From an uncultured Thermomicrobiales bacterium (lineage in GTDB: Bacteria; Chloroflexota; Chloroflexia; Thermomicrobiales; CFX8), in assembly GCA_964462545.1 (NCBI GenBank), contig CAYWXR010000008.1:57814-121813 (forward strand): 64,000 nucleotides of DNA, read 5' to 3'. How positions within the stretch are numbered: the stretch's first letter is position 1; each line of letters begins with the position of its first letter. The translations under genes were made by a program, and so were the position numbers. This document shows, piece by piece, positions 47,150 to 55,596 of the stretch. The notes under the pieces are model-generated. The model saw nothing but the letters and a program-made list of their open reading frames with translations. It had not been told where the DNA came from and ran no database searches.

Positions 47150-48820
47150 TTATGCCAACTTGTCGAGCGGCTCCTGTTCCTCTCCAAGCACGTTCATTGC
47201 CACCTCATAAACCAGATCAGGAAGCACGTCGAAGGCATATGGCGCGTACAGGCGCTCGTACTTCTGATGGAATTCGCGGCCCCAGGGGCCGAGGTTGATT
47301 GCGGGAAACGCCAGAGAACCGGGTGGAGGAACGTCGACCAGACGGGAGATCGGGGTGTTCTCAGAAACCACCTTGCCGCTGCCGGCAGCCAGCCCGAGGA
47401 AACTCATGTCGGAGATTCCCTGGAAGACCGGCTTCCAGGAGACCGGATGCTCAGGGTTCCGGTGCGGCGCCGAGAGGGCTGTCTCAACTGCCCGGAACAA
47501 CGGGGATTCGGTATCAAGCTGTGCGGGTGGATAGTGCAGCCCGGCAAACCCGATCACTATCGCCGGACCGGTGAGACGGGCCACATCGACCAGCCATTCT
47601 GTCAAACGGCGTGAGACGACCAGCGGGTTATCAATCCGGTTCAGCGATTGCTCGGTTTCTGCATACTGCTGTTCGAATGTGTCTCCTTCTACCCGCGCCG
47701 CTTCAGCTCGCAACTCGCGGAATGTCAGCAAACGGAGATCTGCTGCGGCAGCCCCGACACTTCTCCCGAGTAGTGTGCTGTAGGCTGCTGCCTGGGTCGC
47801 AAAACGTTCAACAGCGCCGGCGGCTCCCTGCAAAACTTCGCTCCGAAACCGCTCGAACAATGCATCCGCCGTCATGGCGTGATAGAGCCAGTTGAAGGCC
47901 AGCCAGAAACGTTCCGGGGTGGTCACTTCGTATCCGTCACGCAGATCCTTTGCCTCAAGGCAGATCGGGGGTGGGGAAATATCACGCTCATCCTGATCTG
48001 CGAGCGACGCATTTCCTTCGAGGCGCGTCAGAATACCGGCAGCAATGGCCTGGGCGCTGACGCCTTCGAACGGATAGGCTGCGTGCGAGTTACGCCCGAT
48101 CACCAGCGCAAATGGCAATAACTTCCCGATAGTGCCGGCGAAGACTGCCCGGCCCTCGCGGCCATCCCCCTGGTCTGATGTCACATCAAGGTTGATGGCT
48201 GCGGCAATCTCAAGGTCAAGATCACTGGCGATCGTGGGCAGCGCATCCCGGAACGATCGAATCCCGCGGCTTTCGCGTTCCTCATCCGGGGTCGCAACCA
48301 GCAACAGGTTCCCCTTGCGCTCCGGATCGGCCGCGAACTGCTCCAGGCAGGCAATGGCGATTGCCAGCCCGCTCTTCATGTCGAGCAAACCGCGGCCCGG
48401 CAGGAAATCACCGGTCAGGAGATCCGCGAGTGCCCGCTTCTCCTGCTCCGAGCGGTCCGGTCTTGCCGAAAGGCTTTCAATCAATGCGTCTTTCAACGCC
48501 AACGTGTCGCAGGCCAGATGCTGCATTTCGTGATAGTTGTCAATCGCTGCCGTGTCGAAATGCCCGACAAGCATGACCGTCTGCTTCCCGGTGCCCCGCA
48601 CCAGGGCCACCACGCTACTGGTCAATGGATCGCCATGACTGGGCACAAGACGGATGAGATCAGGGTTATCACGGAAGCACGGCAAGTCCCTTAGCAGCGC
48701 TGCCAGTCGACCGGCAAAGGCTGCTTCCCCGGCAGTACCGGTTTCACTTGGCCAGCCGGTCATCGCAATCGCGAGGTCCCGAACCCGGTCACCATTGATC
48801 CTGCGCATACTACGTTCCAC
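47150..48820 (-). CDS. rocB: RocB-like M20 family hydrolase (arginine utilization protein)
   Basis: GHFDT, GRGLLDMKSG, TPDEE.ESRG, GTIGKLLP, LEAKDLRDGYEVTTP, GISDMSF, NLGPWGREFHQKYERL. Confidence 0.82.
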   Translation of the reverse strand: MERSMRRINGDRVRDLAIAMTGWPSETGTAGEAAFAGRLAALLRDLPCFRDNPDLIRLVPSHGDPLTSSVVALVRGTGKQTVMLVGHFDTAAIDNYHEMQHLACDTLALKDALIESLSARPDRSEQEKRALADLLTGDFLPGRGLLDMKSGLAIAIACLEQFAADPERKGNLLLVATPDEERESRGIRSFRDALPTIASDLDLEIAAAINLDVTSDQGDGREGRAVFAGTIGKLLPFALVIGRNSHAAYPFEGVSAQAIAAGILTRLEGNASLADQDERDISPPPICLEAKDLRDGYEVTTPERFWLAFNWLYHAMTADALFERFRSEVLQGAAGAVERFATQAAAYSTLLGRSVGAAAADLRLLTFRELRAEAARVEGDTFEQQYAETEQSLNRIDNPLVVSRRLTEWLVDVARLTGPAIVIGFAGLHYPPAQLDTESPLFRAVETALSAPHRNPEHPVSWKPVFQGISDMSFLGLAAGSGKVVSENTPISRLVDVPPPGSLAFPAINLGPWGREFHQKYERLYAPYAFDVLPDLVYEVAMNVLGEEQEPLDKLA

Positions 48821-48950
48821 CTGTTCCTCGACGAACGACGTTCAGACGCCCTGATTTGCGTGACCTCTACCACGTTAGTACATTCCACATGTGAGGGTTG
48901 GCACAAAAGGTGTGCAGGCGTTCATTCTTATCATGAAAGAGGCTGGTAAG

Positions 48951-49613
48951 GTGGCGGAAGCAGAGACGGTCGCAACGACCGGGCCACAGACAGGTCGGGA
49001 CACATCAACAGCGATCATTGCCGGGGCACTGATTATTGTGCTGGTGTCGATTGTGGTGGTTGTCTGGGCGATGTTGCGTACCTCCATGCCCGGTGACGAT
49101 TCGGTCGAGGCAGGATTCGCCCGGGATATGGGCGAGCACCACCAGCAGGCAGTCGAGATGGCACTGATCATCAGCCAACGCACCGAGTTTGAAGATCTGC
49201 GCTTTATTGCCACCGACATGATGCTCGTCCAGCAGGCCCAGATTGGCCAGATGCGTGGATGGATGGATGTCTGGGGACTGCACCCGATGACCGGCAGCGT
49301 CAAAATGGCGTGGATGGACCACCCAACATCCGGTCGCATGCCCGGGATGGCCACTGCCGAAGAAATTGAACTGCTCAAAACCCTTCCGGTTCCGGAAGCC
49401 GAGGATCTCTTCCTGAAACTGATGATCATTCACCACCAGGCAGGCGTCGAAATGGCCGACGCTGCAATCGAACGATCCGACAACAAGGCGATGGTCACCC
49501 TTGCCCGGAACATCTCGGAAACCCAGGTGGCCGAAATCGAGAACCTTCAGCGCCTGCGCGAACGCCTGGGACTCGAGCGCGTGGTCGTCGAACAACAGAT
49601 CCACAAACACTAG
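48951..49613 (+). CDS. DUF305 (CopM-like) domain protein
   Basis: TM; EAGFARDMGEHHQQAVEMA, MPGMAT, FLKLMIIHHQAGVEMA. Confidence 0.88.
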   Translation: MAEAETVATTGPQTGRDTSTAIIAGALIIVLVSIVVVVWAMLRTSMPGDDSVEAGFARDMGEHHQQAVEMALIISQRTEFEDLRFIATDMMLVQQAQIGQMRGWMDVWGLHPMTGSVKMAWMDHPTSGRMPGMATAEEIELLKTLPVPEAEDLFLKLMIIHHQAGVEMADAAIERSDNKAMVTLARNISETQVAEIENLQRLRERLGLERVVVEQQIHKH

Positions 49614-49631
49614 AACCGGAGCCACTACGTT

Positions 49632-50504
49632 TTGCCCGTAAATGCCCTGATCGAACATATCAACCGGACGCACGGCACCGATTACCGCCTGGCCTCCCGG
49701 TTTCCGGATGGTGAGCAGGGTGCGTTCCGCATCGAAAGCAGCCGCGGCCCGGCCGTCCTCAAACGTCAACCCGATGCCAGAGTAGTCAGGCGCTATCAGG
49801 ATGTTGGCCGGCAACTGGAACGATTGCGGGCGGCAGGCTACCCCGCTCCACGCTACCTGCTAACCGGCACTGATGGAGAGATCAGCTATCTCATCCAGGA
49901 AGTGGTTCCCGGCAACGTTCCGGAATCCCTGACGCCTGTGCTGCTCAACCAACTGATCCGGATGAACCATCTCCAGCAACAAGCGGCGCCGGACAGGAAT
50001 CCTGGTTGGCAGACACTCATCGTTGGCAGTGTGATTGAGGGAATGGGCGAATACTGCATTGTTGATACGCTCCGGAACCATTCTCCCGAAACGGCCAGCC
50101 TACTGGACGTTGCCCAGGCAGCAGTTCGCAACTGGGAAGGACAGCCTGTCCCCGAACAGGATATCGTCCACTTTGACTACCATCATCGTAATGTACTGGT
50201 TGAGGGCGAACAGGTCACCGGGGTTGTGGACTGGGACGGCATCATGGCCGGCGATTGCGTGTTCGATCTGGTCACGCTGCTGTTCTACACCCATGACCGG
50301 TTACTACGGAGCACGTTGCTGGACGAAATTTCCCGCCGTGCTACAGCGGAAACTGCCCTGGCCTATCTGGGGCATATGATCGTCCGGCAACTCGACTGGG
50401 TGATCCGGTTCTACAACGAGGAAATGGTGCAGCAGGTGATTGCGATGATCCGGATGAACCTGGACGATCTCACGCCCCCCGCGAGTGAATCACCTGCCCG
50501 GTAA
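49632..50504 (+). CDS. Aminoglycoside phosphotransferase/choline kinase-like protein
   Basis: AVLK, VHFDYHHRNVL, GVVDWD. Confidence 0.82.
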   Translation: MPVNALIEHINRTHGTDYRLASRFPDGEQGAFRIESSRGPAVLKRQPDARVVRRYQDVGRQLERLRAAGYPAPRYLLTGTDGEISYLIQEVVPGNVPESLTPVLLNQLIRMNHLQQQAAPDRNPGWQTLIVGSVIEGMGEYCIVDTLRNHSPETASLLDVAQAAVRNWEGQPVPEQDIVHFDYHHRNVLVEGEQVTGVVDWDGIMAGDCVFDLVTLLFYTHDRLLRSTLLDEISRRATAETALAYLGHMIVRQLDWVIRFYNEEMVQQVIAMIRMNLDDLTPPASESPAR

Positions 50505-51258
50505 TCCATCCCCCTGCTTCACTGGCAAGAAACACTGCCAGACGTGCCGCGTCGGATGGCATTCCGACCCGACCGAACGCCATCGACGCAGCGATCTGTT
50601 CCCTGAGATCAGCGTCCATCCAGCCAGTGTCCGTCGCACCGGGGTCTATGGCATTGACGGTAATGCCCTTCGACGCAACAGCGGCAGCCAGTGAAATCGT
50701 GAACGCTTCAACTGCACCTTTCGACGTCGCATAGGCAAGTTCATCCGGCATCGGACCAACAGACTGCCCGGATGTCAGATTGATAATCCGTCCACCGCTT
50801 CCATCCTCAAACTGCCGGGCAAAGCCGGTCGAAAGCAGAGCCATTGCCCGGACATTCACCGCATGGTGAGCATCGAGTGATGCCGTGTCCAGGGTCCGGT
50901 AATCATCCAGCGTTGAGTGGGCAGCATTATTGACCAGGATGGCAGGCGGACCGAGCGTATCCCGGACACGGTCGAGAACCAGGGCAGCAGAATCCGGGTC
51001 AGCCAGGTCAACTTCCAGAGAACCGGACCGCACACCGAGGTCGCGAATCTGCTGCTCCAGCAACCCGGGACCGTCCAGGTCTTCGCCAATTCCGTCCGCG
51101 CGGTCATAGTGGTGCCAATATGTGAAGAACACATCAGCACCATGACTTGCCAGCGCCAGGCAGATTGCGGCCCCGATGCCCTGCCGACGGCCAGCCCCCG
51201 TCACCACGGACACCTTGCCGGCCAGGTCCAGCGAGACACGCAAATCTGCCGGCATCAC
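50470..51258 (-). CDS. SDR family oxidoreductase
   Basis: VTGAGRRQGIGAA, LVNNAAHS, YATSK, PGATDTGWM. Confidence 0.92.
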   Translation of the reverse strand: MMPADLRVSLDLAGKVSVVTGAGRRQGIGAAICLALASHGADVFFTYWHHYDRADGIGEDLDGPGLLEQQIRDLGVRSGSLEVDLADPDSAALVLDRVRDTLGPPAILVNNAAHSTLDDYRTLDTASLDAHHAVNVRAMALLSTGFARQFEDGSGGRIINLTSGQSVGPMPDELAYATSKGAVEAFTISLAAAVASKGITVNAIDPGATDTGWMDADLREQIAASMAFGRVGMPSDAARLAVFLASEAGGWITGQVIHSRGA

Positions 51259-52229
51259 CCCTCGTCAGACTCCTTGTATTGGGAGTAATCCACTCCCGGC
51301 CGGATCTCCTTGATGTGGAGGATATAGCTCTCGGTGACCTGCATACCGGCGCGGGAATAGAGCCGTGGAGCGCCGGTCGGGCTGTCGGCATCAACACTCA
51401 ACCATGCCCTCCGGATACCCCGGTCAACAAACGCGCGGAAACTCTGGTTGAGGAGCGCCAGCCCCAATCCCCGTTTTCGCCAGGGCCGTCGCACGCCGAG
51501 TGTGCGCACCACGCCCTTGTCGCCATCAATCTCACAGATGGATACACCTGCAAGTTGATCGCCATCCTCTGCCAGAATCCAGAGTTCGGGATCAAAGCGC
51601 CCGGTGTTGAGCCGCTCCGTAAACTGCTCAAAGCTGACCTGTGGCCGGCCCCAGAGGTCACGGAAGCTATCTTCAACGGTCTCCCAGACGGCATACTCGT
51701 CCTGCCCGGGCTTGAAGGTGCGATACGTCACCCCTTCCGGCCAGTCAGGTTCCGGAAGCTCATCCGGAAGGTCCCGCTCCATCACATACGTTGTCCTGAC
51801 CGGTTCGTACCCGGTCGAGGCAAGCAACCGGAGGCCAGCCTCATTGGTCGAGCGCATGAAGTGACGGGCTACCACCCGGGCATCTGCCGGTGCGCAATCA
51901 AGACGATCGCGAATCCACTGCTCGCCCCAATCAACCAGGGCACGACCGATCCCGCGGCCACGATGGTCCGGGTGGACAGCACCATAGACGGTGACCGAGG
52001 TGTAACCAAGGTTCACCACATCGACCAACCCGACGATGTCACCGGAAACTGTTTCGACCACTGCCGATTCCTCGGCAAGGGGAATCCCCGACCAGTCCTG
52101 CTGAACCACCTCTGTCGTGATATCGGTTGCACCGGTATCAGCCAGTTCCACTGCGGCCAGCATTGCGGCTACAGCAGGTGCATCTTCATTGCGGGTTGGA
52201 CGTATCGAGTATCCGTCCGGCAGATTCAT
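51255..52229 (-). CDS. Tandem GNAT acetyltransferase (MshD-like architecture)
   Basis: VHPDHRGRGIG and LGVRRPWRKRGLG acetyl-CoA motifs; DADSPTGAPRLY. Confidence 0.85.
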   Translation of the reverse strand: MNLPDGYSIRPTRNEDAPAVAAMLAAVELADTGATDITTEVVQQDWSGIPLAEESAVVETVSGDIVGLVDVVNLGYTSVTVYGAVHPDHRGRGIGRALVDWGEQWIRDRLDCAPADARVVARHFMRSTNEAGLRLLASTGYEPVRTTYVMERDLPDELPEPDWPEGVTYRTFKPGQDEYAVWETVEDSFRDLWGRPQVSFEQFTERLNTGRFDPELWILAEDGDQLAGVSICEIDGDKGVVRTLGVRRPWRKRGLGLALLNQSFRAFVDRGIRRAWLSVDADSPTGAPRLYSRAGMQVTESYILHIKEIRPGVDYSQYKESDEG

Positions 52230-53404
52230 CGAACTCCGCCTTCAGCCGGTGGATGGCCAACAATCTCCTCATAGGCCCCGGGGTCGGTTGCCCCTTCGGT
52301 CACGAACAGCAGGACGCTGGTTGATTCGTCTATACCAAGAAACTCGCGTGCGGTCGTGGCTTCCGGCCCGGTCAGCAATTCGATCAGGCCACCAAGACCG
52401 GCAGCACCGGTTTCACCTGCCTCGACACCGGCACCGGCCAGCAGACGCATTCCCTCGCGAGCGCGTTCATCATCAATCTCGACAAACAGATCTGTCCCCG
52501 CAGAAACAACCGGCCAGGCCAGCAACGACGGCGTGCCGCAATTGAGACCAGCCATGATCGAGTCCTGCGGCCCGGGAATGGTAACCACCTCGCCTGCCCG
52601 CATCGATTCGATCATGCAGTTGGCAACGACCGGCTCAACACACACCAGCTTCGGGTTACGCTCCCGCGCAGGGTTGCGATAGTGGGCAACCACTGCCGAG
52701 GCGAGTGCGCCAACGCCGACCTGAACAACCACCACGTCCGGCTGGCGTTCCCCAAGGGCCGCAAGCTGTTCATCCACCTCGGCAACAATGGTCGAATACC
52801 CGTCAATCACATTTAGCGGCACATCCCGGTAGCCTTCCCAGGACGTGTCGGAGATAACCAGGCAACGTTCGCCGGCATCCTCGGCAGACCGGGCGACGGT
52901 GTCATCGTAGGTACCATCAACAACCTCAACCGACGCACCTTCGCTGGCAATGGCGTCGATGCGCGCCTGAGCAGTGCCGGCCGGCACGTAGATCTTCGCG
53001 TCAAATCCCAGCAGGGCGGCCATCCGTGCCACCGCCCGGCCGTGGTTGCCGTCAGTAGCCGCTGATAGCGTCATCGGGCGGATGGGGTCCAGCTTTGCGT
53101 TCAGTTCCTCGAGGGTGGTCCACCCATCGAGGTCCACCAGCTTTTCCAGTTCCCGGTAGACCGCCCACGAGGCGCCGAGAATCTTGAAAGCCGGAAGACC
53201 CAGCCGGCTGGATTCATCCTTCACCCAAACCCGCCCCACACCGAGGCTGCTCGCGATTCCTTCGGCATTCACCAATCGGGATGGCTCGTATCCGGGCAGA
53301 CTCCGGTGGAAGGTACCCGGCGCCCCACCAGGCACTGATCCCACCCCGGAATGCTGCACAGCTTCATTCAGAAAAATATGCGAACTCACGCTTTTTCCAA
53401 TCAT
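52226..53404 (-). CDS. Diaminopropionate ammonia-lyase (PLP-dependent)
   Basis: FHRSLPGY, VKDESSRLGLPAFKILGASWA, ATDGNHGRAVA, SDTSWEGY, MAGLNCGTPS, TEGATDP. Confidence 0.9.
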   Translation of the reverse strand: MIGKSVSSHIFLNEAVQHSGVGSVPGGAPGTFHRSLPGYEPSRLVNAEGIASSLGVGRVWVKDESSRLGLPAFKILGASWAVYRELEKLVDLDGWTTLEELNAKLDPIRPMTLSAATDGNHGRAVARMAALLGFDAKIYVPAGTAQARIDAIASEGASVEVVDGTYDDTVARSAEDAGERCLVISDTSWEGYRDVPLNVIDGYSTIVAEVDEQLAALGERQPDVVVVQVGVGALASAVVAHYRNPARERNPKLVCVEPVVANCMIESMRAGEVVTIPGPQDSIMAGLNCGTPSLLAWPVVSAGTDLFVEIDDERAREGMRLLAGAGVEAGETGAAGLGGLIELLTGPEATTAREFLGIDESTSVLLFVTEGATDPGAYEEIVGHPPAEGGVR

Positions 53405-53438
53405 CTCTGTTCGTTGTGGTCTGACCCGCCAACAGCAT

Positions 53439-54209
53439 CTAGCTCTGTGGCAGGAACGCCCTGCCGGCAGAGGAACCACCATTGACCGACAACACATCAC
53501 CGGTAATGAACTCTGCATAGCCGGAAGCAAGGAAGAGTGCTGCATTGGCGATATCTTCCGGCTGGCCAATCCGTCCCAGCGGAATCGAGTTCGCGAGCGT
53601 TGTCTTGTACACCTCGGATATCGGAGAGACTTCACCCTCGACATCAATCAGCCCGGGTGCAATGCAATTGACGTTGACTTTGTGTTGGGCGAGTTCGAGC
53701 GCAAGCACCTTGGTGAACATCACCACCGCAGCCTTGGAAGCACAGTAGTGCGACGCCCCAAGCCGGCCACTCTGGTAGGCACCGGACGAGATGGTGATGA
53801 TCTTGCCCTGCGTCCCGTTGGCAATCATGCTGCGGGCAGCCGCCTGACAGGTAAGAAACACCCCACGCACGTTGGTTTCCATCACCCGGTCCCACTCGGC
53901 GACATCCATATCCACCACCAGGGTATTCGGGTAAATGCCGGCATTGGCCACAACAACGTTCAGCGGTCCGAATCGCTCTTCAGTCTTCGCGGCGAAATTC
54001 GCTACCGCGTCGGGGTCGCGGACATCGACAACCATCGGGAACACCCGATCCGGATTTCCCAACCGGTGAACCGAACGCTGCAGCGCATCCTCGCGGAAGT
54101 CACAGATCGCGACATTGGCGCCGGATTGCAGAAACCCTTCGGCGATTCCGTAGCCGATGCCTGCACCGGCTCCGGTGACCATAACGACCTGATCTTGATA
54201 ATCGAACAT
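53439..54209 (-). CDS. SDR family oxidoreductase
   Basis: TGAGAGIG, ANAG, YCASK, FITGDVLSVNGG. Confidence 0.92.
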   Translation of the reverse strand: MFDYQDQVVMVTGAGAGIGYGIAEGFLQSGANVAICDFREDALQRSVHRLGNPDRVFPMVVDVRDPDAVANFAAKTEERFGPLNVVVANAGIYPNTLVVDMDVAEWDRVMETNVRGVFLTCQAAARSMIANGTQGKIITISSGAYQSGRLGASHYCASKAAVVMFTKVLALELAQHKVNVNCIAPGLIDVEGEVSPISEVYKTTLANSIPLGRIGQPEDIANAALFLASGYAEFITGDVLSVNGGSSAGRAFLPQS

Positions 54210-54296
54210 CGCACTCCAACTTTCCTGCAATTCCCGGAAGGTATCCCGGCAGATAGTATCCACCAGATCCGGCATTTGCGGGAGCAACGCTGTAAA

Positions 54297-54659
54297 TCAG
54301 GGATGTTCGATCAGCACACGCACCGGAGCCCAGCCACGCCGGCCACAGTTCGGACAGCGCAGGTACTTGCTGGGGCCACCCTTGCCCAGACCATTGGGGG
54401 AGATCACATTACGCCAGGGGCTGATCTCGAATTCATGGGAACAATGCCGGCACCGGTAGCCAAATGACCGGGTATGCCACCGCACCAGCCACCCGATCGA
54501 GAGCACCGAAATCACCAGCCAGATGATCCACCGGACAGGAAGGTTCCCGGAGGGCAACAGAATAATTGCGCCGACAACGACCAGCAGCACCACAACACCT
54601 ACCCGGAGCAGCGTTGCGTTCCAGTCCCGTCGTTCCGGGGACTTCGTCTTCCGGGCCAC
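54297..54659 (-). CDS. 2-TM protein with C-terminal zinc ribbon
   Basis: YRCRHC...YLRCPNCG. Confidence 0.7.
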   Translation of the reverse strand: MARKTKSPERRDWNATLLRVGVVVLLVVVGAIILLPSGNLPVRWIIWLVISVLSIGWLVRWHTRSFGYRCRHCSHEFEISPWRNVISPNGLGKGGPSKYLRCPNCGRRGWAPVRVLIEHP

Positions 54660-54824
54660 CGGGCTACCCCACCTTCTGCCTTATCCCGAACCGTTGCGGA
54701 ATTGTAACGCCTTACCAACAACTTATGTCTCGTCTGTGACGACGTACCCGGTAGTTTGTAGGTATCACGATGTCGGCAACAGGGTCGGCAGGACGATCCA
54801 ACACAGCCAGGAGAGGAACTCCTC

Positions 54825-55583
54825 ATGCCTACCTCAACGTCCAAACGGCCGGTTGCAGCATTTCCCGGGGTCGATACCGGCCCGATCATCGAGGCAACCG
54901 GTGTTGCGAAGACCTACGACACCGGGGAAGTGAAAGTTGAAGCTCTCCGCGACGTCAACCTGACCATCAACCGCGGAGAAATGGTCGCCGTTATGGGGCC
55001 ATCCGGATGTGGCAAGACAACGCTGCTCAACTGCCTTTCCGGACTGGACACGATCGATGCCGGCGAGATCGTCATCGCCAATGAGAACCTTGCTGCACTC
55101 TCCGACGACAAACGAACAGCCTTCCGGGCACATCACATGGGATTCATCTTCCAGTTCTACAACCTGTTACCGGTGCTTGATGCCGTGGAAAACGTGGAAC
55201 TGCCACTGCTCGTCAGCGGCGTCAGGCCTGGTGAGGCACGCAGGCGGGCATTGGACATGCTCGACCGGGTTGGCCTGAAAGAGTGGGCAAGCCACCGGCC
55301 CGGTGAACTGTCAGGCGGACAGCGCCAGCGGGTGACAATCGCCCGGGCTCTCGTCAACGAACCGGCAATTGTCTGGGGTGACGAACCAACCGGCGATCTG
55401 GACAGCAAGAACGCAAGGGAGATTCTCGACCTGTTGCGTGATCTGAACCTGCGTAACCGGCAGACGTTTGTCCTCGTCACTCACGACCCGAACATCGGTG
55501 CCATGTGCGACCGGATCATCCACATGCATGACGGGACAATCGTCAACCAGACCCGCAACAACATTGCGGCACGCGTGGATTGA
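54825..55583 (+). CDS. ABC transporter ATP-binding protein (LolD/MacB type)
   Basis: [34 protein letters not shown]. Confidence 0.93.
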   Translation: MPTSTSKRPVAAFPGVDTGPIIEATGVAKTYDTGEVKVEALRDVNLTINRGEMVAVMGPSGCGKTTLLNCLSGLDTIDAGEIVIANENLAALSDDKRTAFRAHHMGFIFQFYNLLPVLDAVENVELPLLVSGVRPGEARRRALDMLDRVGLKEWASHRPGELSGGQRQRVTIARALVNEPAIVWGDEPTGDLDSKNAREILDLLRDLNLRNRQTFVLVTHDPNIGAMCDRIIHMHDGTIVNQTRNNIAARVD

Positions 55584-55596
55584 AGGGAGCCGGGTC

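Noticed and set aside
46924-47187. 87-aa minus-strand ORF as an intact gene
   Set aside because: Only its N-terminal part looks protein-like; it is better explained as the frameshifted antitoxin of a vapBC remnant
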